NCBI GenBank assembly: GCA_036337435.1
Contig: JAYZEG010000062.1
Coordinates: 64,001 to 128,000, forward strand
Reading direction: 5' to 3'
Length of the DNA: 64,000 nucleotides
Source of the DNA: Myxococcota bacterium
GTDB lineage: Bacteria; Myxococcota_A; Bradymonadia; UBA7976; UBA1532
In this document: one piece after another, positions 10,487 to 20,126 of the stretch
Numbering within the stretch: position 1 is the stretch's first letter
Layout: the number at the start of each line of letters is the position of its first letter
The notes under the pieces: generated by a model
Told to the model about the DNA's origin: nothing
Seen by the model: the letters and a program-made list of their open reading frames with translations, nothing else
The model's database searches: none
Made by a program: the position numbers and the translations under genes

Positions 10487-11134
10487 TTAGGCTCCGCGGC
10501 TCAATTTAAAGCGGATGGTTTGCTCGACCATGACGGTCTGGGCTTTACCTTTGTACATCCCGGGTCGGAACGTCCAACGCTCGATGGCTTGCCGCGCGGC
10601 TTCTTCAAAGACGCCCGCTGGTTTTGAGCGGATGACTTTAGCACTTTGAATCTCGCCATGTGAGCCGATGATCAGAGAGAATGAAACAAACCCTGTTACA
10701 CCGTCTTTCCTTGCCTGCATTGGATACTTTGGACTCACCTTTCGGGTGGCCTTAGGTGGCTCATCGACGGTCGCACTGGTCATCAATAGGTTTTTGCCAC
10801 CCGTCTTTTGTAGAAGCGAATCTCCATTGTCATCACTGGTTCGACCGAATCGAGTCTCATTGCCTAAATCAACGCCCGACAAAGCACTTGAGAGTTTCGG
10901 CTGTGGGGCCATACGTCTTACTGTACGCGGCTTCGCCCGTCGAGGCTTTGGTCTAGCCGCCTTCTTTTTCGGCTTTGGCTTTATTTTCTTAATCTCGACA
11001 TTGGCGGTCACCCGTCTCTCTTCTTTCTTGGGTGGTTGCGTGTATCGATTCATCACGATCATTAAGGTGAGGACCAAACCAACACCGAAGACCATGATGA
11101 CCAAAGAGCCAAGAATTTGCGTCAGACGATTCAT
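10487..11134 (-). CDS. tonB: Energy transducer TonB
   Basis: N-terminal TM, Lys/Pro-rich spacer, TonB_C domain (PKYPMQARKDGVTGFV...VFEEAARQAIERWTFRP). Confidence 0.92.
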   Translation of the reverse strand: MNRLTQILGSLVIMVFGVGLVLTLMIVMNRYTQPPKKEERRVTANVEIKKIKPKPKKKAARPKPRRAKPRTVRRMAPQPKLSSALSGVDLGNETRFGRTSDDNGDSLLQKTGGKNLLMTSATVDEPPKATRKVSPKYPMQARKDGVTGFVSFSLIIGSHGEIQSAKVIRSKPAGVFEEAARQAIERWTFRPGMYKGKAQTVMVEQTIRFKLSRGA

Positions 11135-11541
11135 CAGGTCGCCTCACGTTCCGTGGCGACAGCGACATCTTTGGCTCCAGCCAGTCTGCATTGGTCGATG
11201 ACGGTCAGCAGCTGCTGTGCTTTGACACCCGCATCGGTAATCACCAGAACGGGTCGATCTTTGGCACCACGGAGCAACTCTCTGACGGTGCCTTGCAAGA
11301 GCCAAGGGCGTACTGCTCGACCTGAGACATAGGTGTCTCCTCGTCGGTCGATGGTCACCCGAATCGCCTTTGTGGATGCAGGTTTTGCGCTGGACGCAGA
11401 GGGTCGGTCCAGCTCCACTTGAGCATCCTTGACGAAGGTGGTGGTAACCATAAAGAAAATGAGAAGGATGAAGACCATATCGATGAGTGGCGATATGTCA
11501 ACGCCGGCTTCCTCAGCCTGTCTTCGTCGTCGATTCATCAT
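11134..11541 (-). CDS. exbD: Biopolymer transport protein ExbD
   Basis: DISPLIDMVFILLIFFMVTTTF signature with the conserved TM Asp. Confidence 0.93.
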   Translation of the reverse strand: MMNRRRRQAEEAGVDISPLIDMVFILLIFFMVTTTFVKDAQVELDRPSASSAKPASTKAIRVTIDRRGDTYVSGRAVRPWLLQGTVRELLRGAKDRPVLVITDAGVKAQQLLTVIDQCRLAGAKDVAVATEREAT

Positions 11542-11542
11542 G

Positions 11543-12139
11543 TCAATGTCCTCCTCTATTAAGACATGCCACAGACACCAGTTGGTCTAGGTCGTTTTCA
11601 AGTTGAAATTGCTTCCGGTCCAACAAGCGACCGACAATGACGCCTGGAATAGCCACAACCAAGCCCATCTGCGTTGTCAAAAGAGCTTGTGAAATGCCGC
11701 CCGCAACACCACCCGACGCGGCGAATAGGGCTTGATTACCGAGGGAGTCGAAGGTCTCAATCATCCCCGAAACGGTCCCTAATAGACCCGCTAATGGGGC
11801 GATGATGACAATGCTTTTGACCAGCACTCGATTGCGGTTAAGAGAACGTTTGAGCGGATAAAGGGCCTCGTAGAAGGCAGCCGATTGATCCGCTTCATCT
11901 AAGGTCTTGTCCTCGACCTTTTTCACCGATGCCCAAGCTTGGCCCAGTACACCCCTTTTGGGGACTGAACCCTGGCTGATTCTGAGTCCGAAGTCGCCTC
12001 GGAATCCACGGCGCAGGAAGAGCGCTCGGTCGCCTAAGCCGTACCAAAGAACAAAGGTACAGATAATGAGGGGCGGCATGACGAAGCCGCCTTCAGCCAT
12101 ATACGCGCTCAGTTCGATTAAGAGTAAGTCCACAGACAT
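11543..12139 (-). CDS. exbB: MotA/TolQ/ExbB proton channel protein
   Basis: APLAGLLGTVSGMIETF and GGISQALLTTQMGLVVAIP motifs. Confidence 0.9.
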   Translation of the reverse strand: MSVDLLLIELSAYMAEGGFVMPPLIICTFVLWYGLGDRALFLRRGFRGDFGLRISQGSVPKRGVLGQAWASVKKVEDKTLDEADQSAAFYEALYPLKRSLNRNRVLVKSIVIIAPLAGLLGTVSGMIETFDSLGNQALFAASGGVAGGISQALLTTQMGLVVAIPGVIVGRLLDRKQFQLENDLDQLVSVACLNRGGH

Positions 12140-12142
12140 GAC

Positions 12143-13564
12143 TTATGCAGGCTTTCCTGTCGCTGTCAGCGCACCGTCCCAATTGGCGTTTGTCTCAGCC
12201 GACTGAGATGCGCGCTTTCGGCAGCGAACCGCATTGATTAAGCGCAGTGCACCAAATTCCAGGTTCCCCTTCATCTTGGTTGCCCAGCCGTTGAGAATGT
12301 TGCCGAAAAGAAGTGTCGGAATCGCGACACACAACCCAAGTTCAGTGGTCACAAGTGCTTCGGAAATACCGCCACTTAAAAGCTTTGGGTTACCCGTGCC
12401 GAATTCAGTGATGACATCGAAGGTCGAGATCATGCCTGTCACCGTTCCGAGAAGACCCAGCAGTGGAGCGACGGCAGCGATTACGAGAATGATTGAGCCA
12501 AAGCGGTCAAGGTAGCCTTCCTCGACGACCATTCGCTCACTAAACACGCGCTCCAAGTCGTCCCTGTCTTCTTTTAGAACAGGCGTCAATGCGGCTAAAA
12601 TTCGCGCGCCCGCGCCTCGCTTGGTCTCGCAAAACTTGGAGGCTTCCATCAGGTCACCTCGGTAGACAACATCCTCAATTCGATCCCAGAGACGCTCTGT
12701 GTTTGTCCCCGCGAAGACCAGCAGAAGCGCACGAATGACGAGCAGTAACATGGCCAAAATACCCAGGCCGACGATCACCCAGGCGATCACACCACCGCTG
12801 TTAATGATTTCGAGTACTGTCTTTTCCTTTGGGGGCTCAAAGTTCTTTGTCGTGTTCTCAAATAAGAACAACTTGATTTGGGCTTCTTGTCGACCTTCGA
12901 TGAGCGCCCTGGCTGTATCAGCGCCTTGGGGCGGGTCGAGTTTGAAATGGCCATTACCTGCTGGCGTCAGCGCACCCGCCTGGCCACCGGCAACGCCGTA
13001 GACGGCCACTTTTCCGACTTTCAACAGTGTGCCGTTGACTTGCTTGCCATCGGATAGGAAAAACTCGCCGGGCTCGCGTCTGACTTGGCCGCCTTGTTCG
13101 AGAGACTTAAACGATAAGTCAAAACCGGTGAGGATCTGACCGGCCTCTCGCTTGAGTCTATCTTCGGCACTCTCCCCGTCGACCGCCCCCATCTTGGGCT
13201 TCCAGACAACGCCTTCAGACTCAAGTCCGCGACTGATTTGGTCTCCTAAACCAGTCAGGGCTTCTTCACTTTCACCCAGTGCATCCACTTGTCTTTCTAA
13301 ATCCACCATGGCATCGGCCATGGCGTCGGACTCGGTGGTTTGCTGAACGATTTGGCGCTGAAGTCCGGCTAAAACAACCTTGCTTCGGCCGGCTTCTTGT
13401 CTCAGAGCACGCTTTGCTTTTTGAAGCCTTTTCTCCAAGACGGCCTGTTCGGATTCAAGAAATGCAAACTCTTTTTTAAATGCGTCACGAAGTGTCCCAC
13501 TCTCTGGCTTTGCCATGAGGAGAGTCGGCGTCATTAGACACGCCAATAAGATTGATAAACGCAT
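12143..13564 (-). CDS. Long MotA/TolQ/ExbB protein with periplasmic coiled coil (TtpC-like)
   Basis: Signal peptide, coiled coil, then APLLGLLGTVTGMISTF...GGISEALVTTELGL. Confidence 0.88.
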   Translation of the reverse strand: MRLSILLACLMTPTLLMAKPESGTLRDAFKKEFAFLESEQAVLEKRLQKAKRALRQEAGRSKVVLAGLQRQIVQQTTESDAMADAMVDLERQVDALGESEEALTGLGDQISRGLESEGVVWKPKMGAVDGESAEDRLKREAGQILTGFDLSFKSLEQGGQVRREPGEFFLSDGKQVNGTLLKVGKVAVYGVAGGQAGALTPAGNGHFKLDPPQGADTARALIEGRQEAQIKLFLFENTTKNFEPPKEKTVLEIINSGGVIAWVIVGLGILAMLLLVIRALLLVFAGTNTERLWDRIEDVVYRGDLMEASKFCETKRGAGARILAALTPVLKEDRDDLERVFSERMVVEEGYLDRFGSIILVIAAVAPLLGLLGTVTGMISTFDVITEFGTGNPKLLSGGISEALVTTELGLCVAIPTLLFGNILNGWATKMKGNLEFGALRLINAVRCRKRASQSAETNANWDGALTATGKPA

Positions 13565-14356
13565 TTAACGTCCCTCCGGCATGGGCAGCATATTGGGGAG
13601 GTCGAATAGACCCACTCGAATTTGTTTTTTAAAGGAGTCGAAGAGGTGGTTGATTTGAAGACGACCGCGCTCTTCATCGACAAAGGTTGTCGTCCAGCCT
13701 GAATCGGACCGTGTTACCAAACCCACTCGGCCTGTACCTGTTCGAAAGTAAAGACCGATGGTTCCGATTCGCACCACATCGACCATGAGCTTTTGGCCAT
13801 CTACGGTGACGGTGTCTCTGTACAACCCCGTCTCTTTAGCCATTTGACGTTCATCTTCTATCAATGACCAAAGCCGAGTGAGTGCCGATCTTGGGCTGAG
13901 AAGTCCACCACTGAGTTTCTGGGTAATCAAGTCGACTTCGGCCAATCGTTCGCCTTGTCTAAATGGAAGGCTTGTCTCGACATATCTTTTGAGTGCAGCA
14001 GCATTTTTCTCAAATATGGGCAAAAGGGCCGCATCGCGTTCTTTAGACGCTTCGATGAGTACTTTCTTTCTCTGCATGGCCTCTGTGAGCTGTGCGTGAC
14101 GCACGGATTCACGTTGTAATTCGGCGTCTAATTGCGCTTTTTGGTTCTCAAATGCGCGTTGTTTGGCACGTCGTTCACGCTTCTTGTTTTCTAACTCTTC
14201 TGTGAGTTCTTCGACCTTTGAGCGCTTCTCGACCAAGGACTTGATGAGGGCGTCCGCATCTTTAACAGTGGCCTTAGAATAGGCGGCCATTGGGCTCATA
14301 CACAGCAGGGCTGCGCTTATGAAAATTTGTGTATGACTCGTCATCATAGTCTCCAT
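13565..14356 (-). CDS. DUF3450 family protein (TtpB-like)
   Basis: Signal peptide, coiled coil, LPFRQGERL and VDVVRIGTIGLYF motifs. It is the first gene of the TonB module. Confidence 0.8.
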   Translation of the reverse strand: METMMTSHTQIFISAALLCMSPMAAYSKATVKDADALIKSLVEKRSKVEELTEELENKKRERRAKQRAFENQKAQLDAELQRESVRHAQLTEAMQRKKVLIEASKERDAALLPIFEKNAAALKRYVETSLPFRQGERLAEVDLITQKLSGGLLSPRSALTRLWSLIEDERQMAKETGLYRDTVTVDGQKLMVDVVRIGTIGLYFRTGTGRVGLVTRSDSGWTTTFVDEERGRLQINHLFDSFKKQIRVGLFDLPNMLPMPEGR

Positions 14357-14370
14357 CGATTCGCTCTAAA

Positions 14371-14446
14371 CTTTCCTGTTTTCAGATCGTTTTTTTGACC
14401 GATCTGAAAACAAGAAAGCCCTCGCGAAAAATCAACGTCGCGAGGG
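14371..14446. terminator. Two adjacent stem-loops between the lipoprotein gene and the TonB module
   Basis: CTTTCCTGTTTTCAGATCG (14371-14389) pairs with CGATCTGAAAACAAGAAAG (14400-14418) with one mismatch. CCCTCGCGA (14419-14427) pairs with TCGCGAGGG (14438-14446). Confidence 0.6.
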
Positions 14447-14490
14447 TCATTCTTTAACCGACTTTGTCGCCGGCTTATGGGGTCTAAGAC

Positions 14491-15849
14491 TTACTCGAGA
14501 CCGATGGTCCAGCCAGCAGTCCAATCCTCGTCACCGACGGCACCGATGAATGCTGTGTTGTCGAACCAAGCAGCGAGCTCGATGGCGTCTGCAGGGCTCA
14601 GCAGCATTGAGTCGCTTGCAGGCATATAGTTCTCGAGGACAGTCTCGTCGGTTGTCACGTTGCTACCAGCGCGGCTGAAGATGCTCTCAGCTGTGCATGC
14701 GGCTGTGAATTCTGCAGGATCAGGCTCTTCAATCTGAGTCTCACAATTGAGGACTAAGTTGCTCAATGTGATGAGACTTGCGTCTGCATCACAGCTGTTG
14801 GCAAATGTGGCCTCATTGTCGAGAACGAGGCATGCATCGCCGAATCCGCTGACGACCGAGTTAGCGATTGTGACGCCTGTGCCTTCGCGGATGAGCATAC
14901 CGATGTCGGTGTTCTCGTTTCCGATAAAAGTCAGGTTAGCCAGTGTTGGGTTCGAACGAGGCAAGAAATCATTGTTCGCCTTGTTGTTGTCAGCTTCAAT
15001 GCCATTGTCGCCGTCATCCTCGTACTGTTTAACGATGGCGTATTGGATATTGCCGACCCAACCGTCCGTCCAATCGATGCTGTCATCACCAGCACCTGTT
15101 ATAACGACATGCTTGGCTGAGACAGTGCCACCGAAGAATTCGATGCCGTCATCCTTGTTCATGTGGACTTGGATGTAATCAACGACAGTCCCGCTACCAA
15201 CACCTTGGAATGCGATGCCATTGAGTTCGTTGTCTTCGCTGAACAACGTACCGGCATACTCGACGCGGACGTACTTGAGGGTGCCGCTGTTGTCTTCTGG
15301 ATTATCGCCGCCGTACGTGCCGGTGCTGCCTTCACCCTCTGCAGAGCAAGGGGCTGCGTCACAGCCGTTGATGGGTGCATACCCATTGATGATAAGGCCG
15401 CCCCAATCTCCGCGGTCTTTCTGGCCTTCCAATTGGTCAGATGTAAATACGATGGGTGCGTCTGCTGTCCCAACAGCTTCGATTTTTGAGCCGCGGTCGA
15501 TGATTAATGTACCAGGGGACCCAGGGTCTTTGATGCCGTAGATGGTTGTGCCAGGCTCGATTGTGAGAACAGTCTCGGCTGTGCCATCACCAATGAAAAC
15601 AGGGCCGCTGAGAATGTATTGATTGTTTGCTGTCAATGTCAGGTCTGTTGTAATGCGTCCTTCTAGAGCGCAGAACTCGGCGACCTCGGCAGTCCCCGCT
15701 GGGCATCCAGCGGTGGGCTCGGTTGGCTCAGTTGGAGCCATGTTTCCTGAATTGGCGTCGCTTGTACTCTCCTCTGCACCACCGCAAGCAACCATGCTGG
15801 CCACAGCGATTAAACAAAGAAGCAGTCTCGCGTTTAATTGATTTTTCAT
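14491..15849 (-). CDS. Acidic Gly/Asp/Asn-rich lipoprotein, probable beta-helix, TBDR-associated family
   Basis: AGGAG RBS before ATG 15849 and lipobox MVAC. Motifs GDWGGLIING, DNSGTLKYVRVEYAG, ELNGIAFQGVGSGT, DDGIEFFGG, DDSIDWTDGW, GIEADN. Confidence 0.8.
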   Translation of the reverse strand: MKNQLNARLLLCLIAVASMVACGGAEESTSDANSGNMAPTEPTEPTAGCPAGTAEVAEFCALEGRITTDLTLTANNQYILSGPVFIGDGTAETVLTIEPGTTIYGIKDPGSPGTLIIDRGSKIEAVGTADAPIVFTSDQLEGQKDRGDWGGLIINGYAPINGCDAAPCSAEGEGSTGTYGGDNPEDNSGTLKYVRVEYAGTLFSEDNELNGIAFQGVGSGTVVDYIQVHMNKDDGIEFFGGTVSAKHVVITGAGDDSIDWTDGWVGNIQYAIVKQYEDDGDNGIEADNNKANNDFLPRSNPTLANLTFIGNENTDIGMLIREGTGVTIANSVVSGFGDACLVLDNEATFANSCDADASLITLSNLVLNCETQIEEPDPAEFTAACTAESIFSRAGSNVTTDETVLENYMPASDSMLLSPADAIELAAWFDNTAFIGAVGDEDWTAGWTIGLE

Positions 15850-15948
15850 GATTCGAATCTCCTTTTCTTCAGAATTGATTTTGTTCCGAGTGTATCCACT
15901 CAAGCTCAGACCCGTCGGAACCCGAGCGACAGGGAGCGTTTCCGATCT

Positions 15949-15970
15949 GATTGTGACAAATTGATGGCAC
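15949..15970 (-). promoter_or_regulatory. Pho-box-like direct repeat
   Basis: The minus strand reads GTGCCATCAAT-TTGTCACAATC, two 11-bp units resembling CTGTCAT-N4-CTGTCAC, about 100 nt upstream of the lipoprotein start. Confidence 0.55.
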
Positions 15971-15999
15971 TTTGGTGCCCTGATGGAAAAAACAGCAAC

Positions 16000-16021
16000 G
16001 TGTCACTCAACTGACACAGAA
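16000..16021 (+). promoter_or_regulatory. Second Pho-box-like direct repeat
   Basis: GTGTCACTCAA-CTGACACAGAA, 11-bp periodicity. Confidence 0.45.
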
Positions 16022-16122
16022 TGGATGCATTGGTGTTTCTAGACGGCGATCTTCAGAGCTGCACTGCTCTGGGTCATAGGGGGTTTTGACCGAGTGTTTT
16101 TATCTGACTTGGACCCAGTCGC

Positions 16123-16968
16123 CTAATGACCGAAGGGATCACCTTGGGTCAGTCTTGGCTGTGCGCAGCGACAAATCTGATCGAGTTCGCGGGTGTGGCA
16201 GGTCTGTCGTTCCTGATGTTCGCATGTATCTCGCGCATCATCCCATGCGCCTAGACACCAGGAGCCGTTGGCCGCACAAATTTCGTCGCAGGTCCGGAAG
16301 TTAGGTGTTTCAACTCTGAATTCACAAAATGGGACCGTATTATCGCCATGCTCGTCACTCTCACCACAAAATGGGGTTGCCGGAAACATGCCACAATTGA
16401 GGCTTGGCTCTAGACTGGGTGTATTGAAGACGGGTTCGTTCGAAATGCATTGACCGGATATACATTGTCCGGTGTCACAGGGTGTGCCATCGGATGCGTA
16501 TTCAATACTTGGCGTCAGGCCGTCTGTGCAGCCCACAATGGTGCTGCACGGTCCCACGGTCTTCAGCACGACGTCTCTTGACGTGATTGGGCAAAAGTCC
16601 ACGCTTGCATGGTCGGCGCATCGGCCATTGGTGTGACACGCGGTCAGTTGAGTCTCGTAATTTAAGTTCAAACAGCTTTGTTCCTGTCCATCCTCTATCA
16701 GGATGAACTGGTCGAGTGCCGAACAATTGACCTGTGGACAACTCCGATCCAATAGGGGGATGCGAAACTGTCCCTTTTCATCGCAGACCGAACACGTCCC
16801 AAGCTTTTCCCCGGGGGTACACAGGGCATCGAAAGGCTGGTCTTGGACTGGATATAATTCCCCATGAGTCGCTATTTTAGGGTGCTGGTTTTCGGTGGGT
16901 GTGCTCAGGTTGTCGCTGCACCCCGACACCGCGAAGACGATGACGAGATGTGAAATAGACAACTTCAT
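16123..16968 (-). CDS. Cysteine-rich lipoprotein
   Basis: MKLSISHLVIVFAVSGC lipobox. Very Cys-rich, with DGTPCDTGQCISGQC and C-terminal CDEICAANGSWCLGAWDD...QICRC modules. Confidence 0.78.
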   Translation of the reverse strand: MKLSISHLVIVFAVSGCSDNLSTPTENQHPKIATHGELYPVQDQPFDALCTPGEKLGTCSVCDEKGQFRIPLLDRSCPQVNCSALDQFILIEDGQEQSCLNLNYETQLTACHTNGRCADHASVDFCPITSRDVVLKTVGPCSTIVGCTDGLTPSIEYASDGTPCDTGQCISGQCISNEPVFNTPSLEPSLNCGMFPATPFCGESDEHGDNTVPFCEFRVETPNFRTCDEICAANGSWCLGAWDDARDTCEHQERQTCHTRELDQICRCAQPRLTQGDPFGH

Positions 16969-16997
16969 ACTCAAGAGAGTACCTCAGCGACTTCAAT

Positions 16998-17030
16998 CTG
17001 TCATACTTTTGTTTCAATTCTGTCACAATT
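16998..17030 (+). promoter_or_regulatory. Pho-box-like triple 11-bp repeat
   Basis: CTGTCATACTT-TTGTTTCAATT-CTGTCACAATT. The first and third units match the PhoB half-site CTGTCA(T/C) exactly. Confidence 0.55.
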
Positions 17031-17190
17031 GAAAAGATCGCCGACTGGTTCGTTGGCGATCCACTGTCATGGTCGGGTGCTATTGGAGCTGTGACTCATA
17101 CGCCCCTGGAATCCTCATCCAGCCATGGCGGCGTGACTCATCCGTCGCTGTTCTTACCCTGTAATTTTGATTTCTTAGAGCCTTCGGACC

Positions 17191-18453
17191 TTGACCCGCT
17201 GGTCCGACCAGTGCAGGTTGCATAGGGTGAATGCAGACAGAAACCATTCGAACGAAAGTACCCAATGGGCCCATGCGGTGATCGTCAGTGGGTCTTTTAA
17301 ATCAGGGTATTCCTACCAGGAGAATGTCTGGGCTGAGTCTCTGTCACGGATGGGCTGGACAGTGACAGTTCTTTGCCCAAAAGGGCGGTCTCAATCTAGT
17401 GATCAGTCGGCAATTGAATTCATTGAGGTGGCGAGTTACGGACTCGAACGTCGGCAACTGCTTTTAGAGACGGATGTCGCGCGGCATATTGTCTCTCTTA
17501 GACCAGATTGTATTCTCTGGTTTGGGCCACCCCAGTTATTCGGTTTGTCGATGGCACGAGAGTTGGCTGTCAAGGCCATCCCCACAGCCATCTTCATGGG
17601 CCAAAACAGTCGTATGCAGACATTTGACTGGCGAACAAAAGGACTTGGGCTTAAAGGTTGGCTCAAGGCGAGTGCCTACAGATATATTCGTGGCCCGGCC
17701 ATTCGAAAGGCCATCGACATTGCAGACTTAGTTGTCGCCAATACAGCCGAGACACCTCGCATCCTTGGTCTCTATGACGCGCCCACAAATTTCAGTCATA
17801 AATTAATGATGAAACCCCTCGGATTTGACCCTGATACATTCAAATACAACCCGCGCATCCGAACCAGGTCCCGGACAGACATGGGCCTCGCCGAGGATAG
17901 CCTGACCTTCTTACTCTCATCTCGATTTGCGGCGGAAAAAGAACTGTCGATTCAGCTGATATGGCACGCCTTTGAACGATTGGCTCAGACAAATGAACAC
18001 GTGCAGTTGATCGTTACGGGTCTCGACGACAAAGCCATCTCCAAGCGGTTTATCGCCCAGGTGGAGACAAGCTCAGTGTGCAATCAGGTCCATCTGCATT
18101 CATTCTTAGACCGCTCTGCGCTGGCGGGTGTCTATCATGCGGCCGATGTTGCTGTATTTGCAAGGCCTAGCATCTCCTGCCAAGAGACGCTTGGTGCCGG
18201 TGCTTTTGGTCTGTTTTCCGATGATGGGTCCATGGATTGGTTGCTCACCGATGATGAATGCGGTCAGACTTTCCCGCAGGCAGACGCAGACGCACTGCTG
18301 GGTCAGATGCTGGACCTTCAGGCCAACGCGGCTCGACTCTTGGACGAACGCCAGCGTATCAAACGTGCGGCCAAAGCATCTTTCTTAAGTTACGACCGAA
18401 TCATCGACGATGTTTTGACACGTCTGCAGCAGCAGTCATCGACGGATCATTAA
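17191..18453 (+). CDS. Glycosyltransferase, GT-B fold (GT4-like)
   Basis: YQENVWAESLSRMGWTVTVLCP, LGFDPDTF, SSRFAAEK, YHAADVAVF..QETLGAG. Start codon uncertain. Confidence 0.8.
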   Translation: MTRWSDQCRLHRVNADRNHSNESTQWAHAVIVSGSFKSGYSYQENVWAESLSRMGWTVTVLCPKGRSQSSDQSAIEFIEVASYGLERRQLLLETDVARHIVSLRPDCILWFGPPQLFGLSMARELAVKAIPTAIFMGQNSRMQTFDWRTKGLGLKGWLKASAYRYIRGPAIRKAIDIADLVVANTAETPRILGLYDAPTNFSHKLMMKPLGFDPDTFKYNPRIRTRSRTDMGLAEDSLTFLLSSRFAAEKELSIQLIWHAFERLAQTNEHVQLIVTGLDDKAISKRFIAQVETSSVCNQVHLHSFLDRSALAGVYHAADVAVFARPSISCQETLGAGAFGLFSDDGSMDWLLTDDECGQTFPQADADALLGQMLDLQANAARLLDERQRIKRAAKASFLSYDRIIDDVLTRLQQQSSTDH

Positions 18454-19952
18454 CCGTCTTGCTCGTTGCTGTGTTGTAGAGCCTCATATTGTTTTTTCCA
18501 ACGCGTCTGCTCTTTGCCGGACATGGGTTTGATGACGTTGATGGCATTGCGAAGCCTTGCTCTTGTTAAATCACGACCTAAAATGGCGAGCGTGTTGAAC
18601 AGTGGTGTCGAGTTCTTTTTGCCAGAAATAGCGATGAAGAGCGGGCCTAGAAAGACACGGAGCTTCAAGTCCATTAAGTCAGCCGTCTTTCTGAGTGCGC
18701 CGTTAATTGCCTCGCCCGTCCAGTCTGTCAGGCCATCGAGCGCCCACAAGCTGTAGCATAGGACTCGGCGCACGTCGTCTTGTTCGAGACCCTTGCTCTC
18801 TAATGAGTCTGCTGTGACATCCACAAGGCCTTCTAAGAACAGGGACGCATGGCCAGGGAGGTCTGACCATTTATTGATCCGTGGGCGCACCAAAGGAATG
18901 ACGGCCTTTAGATAATCCCGATTAACAGCCCATTTGACCACTCGGTCCATAAATTCATCGTCTGATAATTCATCGCGAATCCATGTGCCGTTGAGCCAAT
19001 CCAGTTTTGTGACATCGAAGATAGGCCCGCCCAAAGAAATCCGCTCCAAAGTGAAATGTTCGATCATCGTCGACAGATCGAACTGCTCACTTTCATCGGG
19101 CATGGACCACGCCATACGACCCAAATAATTGAGTAGGGCCTCGGGCAAATAGCCCATCCGCTGGTAGTATAGAATGCTGGTCGGGTTCTTTCGCTTGCTT
19201 AGCTTTGAGCGGTCCGGATTACGGAGTAATGGCAGGTGGCAGAGTGTCGGTGCCTCCCAGCCGAAGTACTTATAGAGCAACAAGTGCTTTGGTGCTGACG
19301 ATATCCACTCTTCGCCCCGTAAGACGTGAGTAATGCCCATGTGATGGTCGTCCACCACGTTTGCCAAATGATAGGTCGGCATACCATCAGACTTGAGCAG
19401 CACTTGCATGTCGACTTGGTCCCAGGCGATTTCAATGTCGCCGCGAAGCAAGTCATGGACGGTGCAGATGCCATCGGTCGGGACTCGCATTCTCACGACA
19501 AAAGGCTTACCCGATGAAGCCAGGGCATCGGATTCAGCCCGAGTGATTTCGGAGTAGGGATTCGGCATGGCCGTCTGGGCACCCGAGGCCTGGTGTTGTG
19601 CACGGACCTCAGCCAGTTCGGCCGGTGTCATAAAACATCGGAAAGCGTGGTCATCATCTAGAAGCTGCTGTGCGTACTTTTGATACAGCTCGCTGCGCTC
19701 ACTTTGTCGGTACGGACCACAAGGGCCACCAACGTCAGGGCCCTCGTCCCAGTTTAAGCCGACCCAGCGGAGGGCATCCATAATCATTTGTTCCGATGCC
19801 CGAGTGCTCCGGACTTGGTCTGTATCCTCGATGCGCAGGATAAATTCGCCGCCGTTGGCTTTTGCAAAACAATAGTTAAACAAGGCCACGTAGGCCGTGC
19901 CCACATGGGGATCACCTGTCGGCGATGGTGCAACTCGTGTTCTCACCGTCAT
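18450..19952 (-). CDS. gltX: Glutamate--tRNA ligase
   Basis: RTRVAPSPTGDPHVG (HIGH-like), LRIEDTD, ITHVLRGEEW, KLSKR (KMSKS-like). Confidence 0.96.
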   Translation of the reverse strand: MTVRTRVAPSPTGDPHVGTAYVALFNYCFAKANGGEFILRIEDTDQVRSTRASEQMIMDALRWVGLNWDEGPDVGGPCGPYRQSERSELYQKYAQQLLDDDHAFRCFMTPAELAEVRAQHQASGAQTAMPNPYSEITRAESDALASSGKPFVVRMRVPTDGICTVHDLLRGDIEIAWDQVDMQVLLKSDGMPTYHLANVVDDHHMGITHVLRGEEWISSAPKHLLLYKYFGWEAPTLCHLPLLRNPDRSKLSKRKNPTSILYYQRMGYLPEALLNYLGRMAWSMPDESEQFDLSTMIEHFTLERISLGGPIFDVTKLDWLNGTWIRDELSDDEFMDRVVKWAVNRDYLKAVIPLVRPRINKWSDLPGHASLFLEGLVDVTADSLESKGLEQDDVRRVLCYSLWALDGLTDWTGEAINGALRKTADLMDLKLRVFLGPLFIAISGKKNSTPLFNTLAILGRDLTRARLRNAINVIKPMSGKEQTRWKKQYEALQHSNEQDG

Positions 19953-20126
19953 TTCAACACGCTCCATTGTCTAGAATCGCGGGCGATATTGCCTATCTCG
20001 GCGTCCAGGTGCAACTACAGAGTCGGGTCAGGCATTAAACTATTGGTCATTTTTGCCGATGAGCTATGTATAAAGCCTCGGACCAGCAATTTAGCGGTTG
20101 GGCAAGTAATATGGCAGTATGTAAGC

